Assembly (NCBI RefSeq): GCF_009914755.1
Contig: NC_060940.1
Source of the DNA: the human T2T-CHM13v2.0 reference genome, Homo sapiens
DNA: 64,000 nucleotides
Reading direction: 5' to 3' (one strand)
Shown here in pieces: positions 60,119 through 64,000 of this stretch. The number at the start of each line of letters is the position of its first letter. Position 1 is the stretch's first letter. Below the pieces are notes generated by a model. It saw only the letters and a list, made by a program, of their open reading frames with translations, was not told where the DNA came from and did no database searches. The translations under genes were made by a program, and so were the position numbers.

Positions 60119-61789
60119 AAGTATGATTTTAGATTCTGACAGACCTTAATTGCTTAATAGCTTCCTCTATTGCTTACTAACTGTGCCACTGTCAATTACT
60201 TACGTTGGTTGAGCCTCAGTTTCCCTGTCCATAAAATGGGTGTAAATACTACTTCATAGGGTTGTTGTAAAAATTGAAACTGGTTAAAGCTTGAGAAGTG
60301 TTTAACGTCAAGGAAATATAATAATAAACAGTAAAATATATTAAAAACTTAATATTGATATACTATTATACGCTCAATAAAAGTTAATTTCTGTTATGGT
60401 TGCCTTTCCTTGCTGTGAAGACATTCTTTATATTATTAACATTTTGAAATGTACCATAGGAGTATACGGCTAGCAAAATAATTGGGTTTCTTTTATTTTG
60501 GAAAGTGTTTCTGAATATGTGGTGCATCTGTGGATGGAAGGTGTCTAAGCTTGGAGGAGATGCGGTAAGCATTGCTATTACTGTCTACTGCATGCTGTCC
60601 CAAGTGGGTCCTGTCTGGACCACATTTCAGGCCATCACCCTCCCTCCCACTTGCTTACCACAACAGGTCTTCTGGTCTTCCCGGGCTCCTGGGCTTCTGC
60701 TTCCTATTTTTGCAATGCTTCTCATAGAGAGGCTTAGAAGGAGAGAGGATGGGTAGGATGTCCCCATGGGGCTTCCCGCAGCCTCCCAATTAGACTGGTT
60801 GTGGGGAGACTCCGGAGGAGGGAGGTCTTGGCCCGTGCCAGCAGGATGGCTATGAGTCTGTGGAGAAAGAAAATAGAGCACAGAAAGGGAGCTGAACTTT
60901 CTAAGCAGCCAGTTTCATTTTGGGCATGGCAGTTGCTTGTGCTGTCAGGGAGAATCAAGCTCATCTGCTGAGGAGAGCTGCCAGGGGCTGACAGACTCCA
61001 TCCTTATAGGTTCCTCAGCTCCTCTTGGGCTTATTAAAAACTTGGCTCTGCCTGGCCGGGGTACAGAGCTTCTAGGTTGAGGAACATTGAGCATGTTGAA
61101 GTTGAGAGCGCCCTTTCAGATGATTTATTGGCACTTGAAGTCTTCATCATTTGGCTTCTATCATAGACACACTTTACTCTTGGATCTCACCAAGGGTTGA
61201 CTTCTCCATGTGCCCTGGTCTCTCTATTCCCATAGGTAGTGTGCTACCTTCTGCCTCTTTACCTTTGTCCCTGCAGCCCTATGCCATTATTATTTTTGCA
61301 GATGAGGAAACTGAGCCTGAGAGAGATCAAATAACTTGCTCAAGGTCACATAGCTAGTAAGTGGCAGAGCTGGAATTAGAACCCAGCTTTTAATGATTCA
61401 AGAGCCTGAGTGCTTGGCTATTGAGCTCTGCTACCTTCCAAATTTTGGTGTGAATTATAGCATATTTTATAATTGTATGCTGGTACATCTGCCTCCCTTG
61501 TGCAAAGATTGTATACTTTTCATCTGTGTATCTTCTGGGCCCAGCATGAAGCCTGATGTACAGTAGCAAATTTGGTGCAAGTTTAAGTTCCTGCATCAGA
61601 GTCCACCTCCACCACTTACTAGCTCTGTGGCTTTGGGTGACTCAGTTAAAGCTTTCTGAACCTCAGTTTCCTTGTTATAGGATAATAATACCTACCCAGG
61701 GTGTGTGTGAAGATTTGGTGACATGATGCATGTTTGGTGTTTGATGCATACCAGATGTGGTACACATTTTTGTTTTCTTTTGGGACATT

Positions 61790-62203
61790 CAATCCTGTAT
61801 ATTTTCAACCGAGGCAGTTTAGATAGGGTTTACCTTAATCTCCAGCTCCAAGGAGAGAAGACCTTCAGCAGCCTGGCCAATCAGAAGGCTGAATTACCCT
61901 GATCACAGGGATTGGTTCAAAGGTGGACATGTGACCTGGATGAGCCAATCTGTGCCTTCTCTGGGACTTTGGCTAGAAAAAAAAAATCAGTAAGTGGCAA
62001 ATTACATCCTTCTGAGATGATAAGTACAATGAACCATGTAAATAGTGAGCTGTGTAGCCACCAGGTGGGAAAGGATTTTTCTGAGAATGAAGCCGTCCCA
62101 GAGGAAACAGAACCAAGAGGACAAAGAAAGAGAGAGTTCTGATCATATTGTTCATTTCATGCCTGTAGTTTTCTAGTCACATCAATAAACTTGCTCTTTC
62201 TCA

Positions 62204-62243
<40 letters not shown>

Positions 62244-62280
62244 TTTGAGCTAGCTGAAGTTGGTTTTTGCTACTAATGAG
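61790..62280 (+). mobile_element. Old MLT1 (K/L-like) LTR containing (CT)n at 62205-62241
   Basis: ctggccaatcagaa...gattggttcaaaggtggacatgtgacc...agctgaagttggtttttgctac. Confidence 0.6.
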
Positions 62281-62387
62281 TTAAATTTTTATTCGACAAA
62301 GGGGGTGTTTTAAAATGGTGAGCTTTGCGTTTATTCCCCGAGTGAGGGAATGAACAAAATAATATAAGCTTGTTAAAGATCAGAGTT

Positions 62388-62745
<358 letters not shown>

Positions 62746-63367
62746 TAACTTAACTTTAGTTCTAGCAAAGATCAAATAATTAGGTAGGCAGTCAAGGTGA
62801 AGATAGATCCAGAATTTACAGGGAAGAAGGCTCTTCAGGGGGAAGCAGGACATTGAGGCTTAGTAATTTCATTACTAAGACAGCTGCAGTAGGGGTGGCA
62901 GGTGAGATTGATCAGGTAGGTTGGGGCCAGGTGATCAAGAGCCTTAACTGTCATGAGAATAGATTGGAAGATGAATAGTGGATGGTGAAACTGAAGGCCA
63001 GTAGGCCATTTGGAAACAATGGGGATGAATGAGGGCAGTGGCAGTGGGTATAAGGCACAGACTTAGTCCTTAATTTTGAGTCAGTATAAATTTGAATGGG
63101 AAAGGAGGATATGAATTGGGGTCTAGTCTGGTGTAGCAAAAGCCTTACACATAGTAAGTCCTATAATGCTCAGTCAGTTTGATTTATTTTTAAAGGGAGT
63201 GTTATGGACATTGTAGAGGGCACATTCTCATAAGACAATGAGTTTGTAATATGTTAGGTGGTGATCAGAGCTGAGAAATAAGAAATTTTGGTAGGAGGAC
63301 AGGGAGTGGAGGGTAAGGTGTTGTTAAGTAGGATATCCAAAGAGAGCCCCCCCCCGGCCCCACCCTG

Positions 63368-63790
63368 CTTTTTTGAGACTGTCTTGCTTTGTCACCCAAG
63401 CTGGAGTGCAGTGTCCTGACCACGCCTCACTGAAGTCTTGACCTCCAGGACTCAAGTGATCCTCCTACCTCACCTTTTCGAGTAGCTGAGACTGCAGGTG
63501 TGTGCCACCACACTTGGCTAATTGTTTTGTTTTTTTGTAGAGATAGGATCTTGTTATGTTACTCAGCCTGGTCTCAAATTCCTAAGCTCAAGCAATCCTC
63601 CTGCCTTGGCTTCCTGAGTCGCTGGGACTGCAGGCAGGCACCATCATGCCCGGCTAATTTTTTGAAGTTTTTGGAGTCTTGGGGTCTTGCTAAGTTTCTC
63701 AGGCTGATCTTAAACTCCTGGGTCAGGTGATCCTCCCACTTTGGCCTCCCAAAGCACTGGGATTACAAGCCTAAACCACTGTGCCTGGCC
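63368..63790 (-). mobile_element. Three-armed AluJ-type element
   Basis: Three monomers in tandem; flanking caaagagagc at 63338-63347 and 63791-63800. Confidence 0.85.
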
Positions 63791-64000
63791 CAAAGAGAGC
63801 ATCTTTGATTAGAAAACCAACCGTTACCTCAAGACACATGAGACTGCATGCTTACTAATTTCTGGGAAAATATTTATCATGTAATACTAGAGGGAAAAAA
63901 ATCAGCGTATGAATTAGAAGCAGATTAGGATGGAGCAAGATTGCTTTTTACCATTGGGGGAAATATTGAATTTGATTTGATCTTTTTCATTTATTTATTT

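Overview
Primate (human-like) non-coding genomic DNA, intergenic or intronic. I found no convincing host protein-coding exon. The ORF track is explained by Alu, L1, LTR and microsatellite sequence or by chance. The window holds about 24 Alu copies or fragments, one full-length but dead L1PA (about 42.05-48.21 kb, minus strand, 14-bp TSD), several old L1 pieces, ERVL/MaLR solo LTRs (THE1, MLT1), hAT/Tigger MER elements, many MIR/L2 relics, microsatellites and a ~1-kb purine/pyrimidine-alternating minisatellite. I do not see a new multi-gene system. The structures that repeat annotation alone does not explain are: (i) a ~430-bp inverted duplication of mostly unique DNA bracketing a 2.8-kb segment; (ii) a head-to-head 5S rRNA fragment/L1 3'-end chimera; (iii) several locally templated insertions and fold-back scars (7.55 to 9.05 kb, 14.3-15.0 kb, 36.04 to 40.0 kb); (iv) a twin-primed ancient L1 and a three-armed Alu; (v) candidate enhancer/promoter blocks and possible lncRNA exons. 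Repeat subfamily names come from recalled consensus features, not from a RepeatMasker run. Boundaries of old repeats are approximate.
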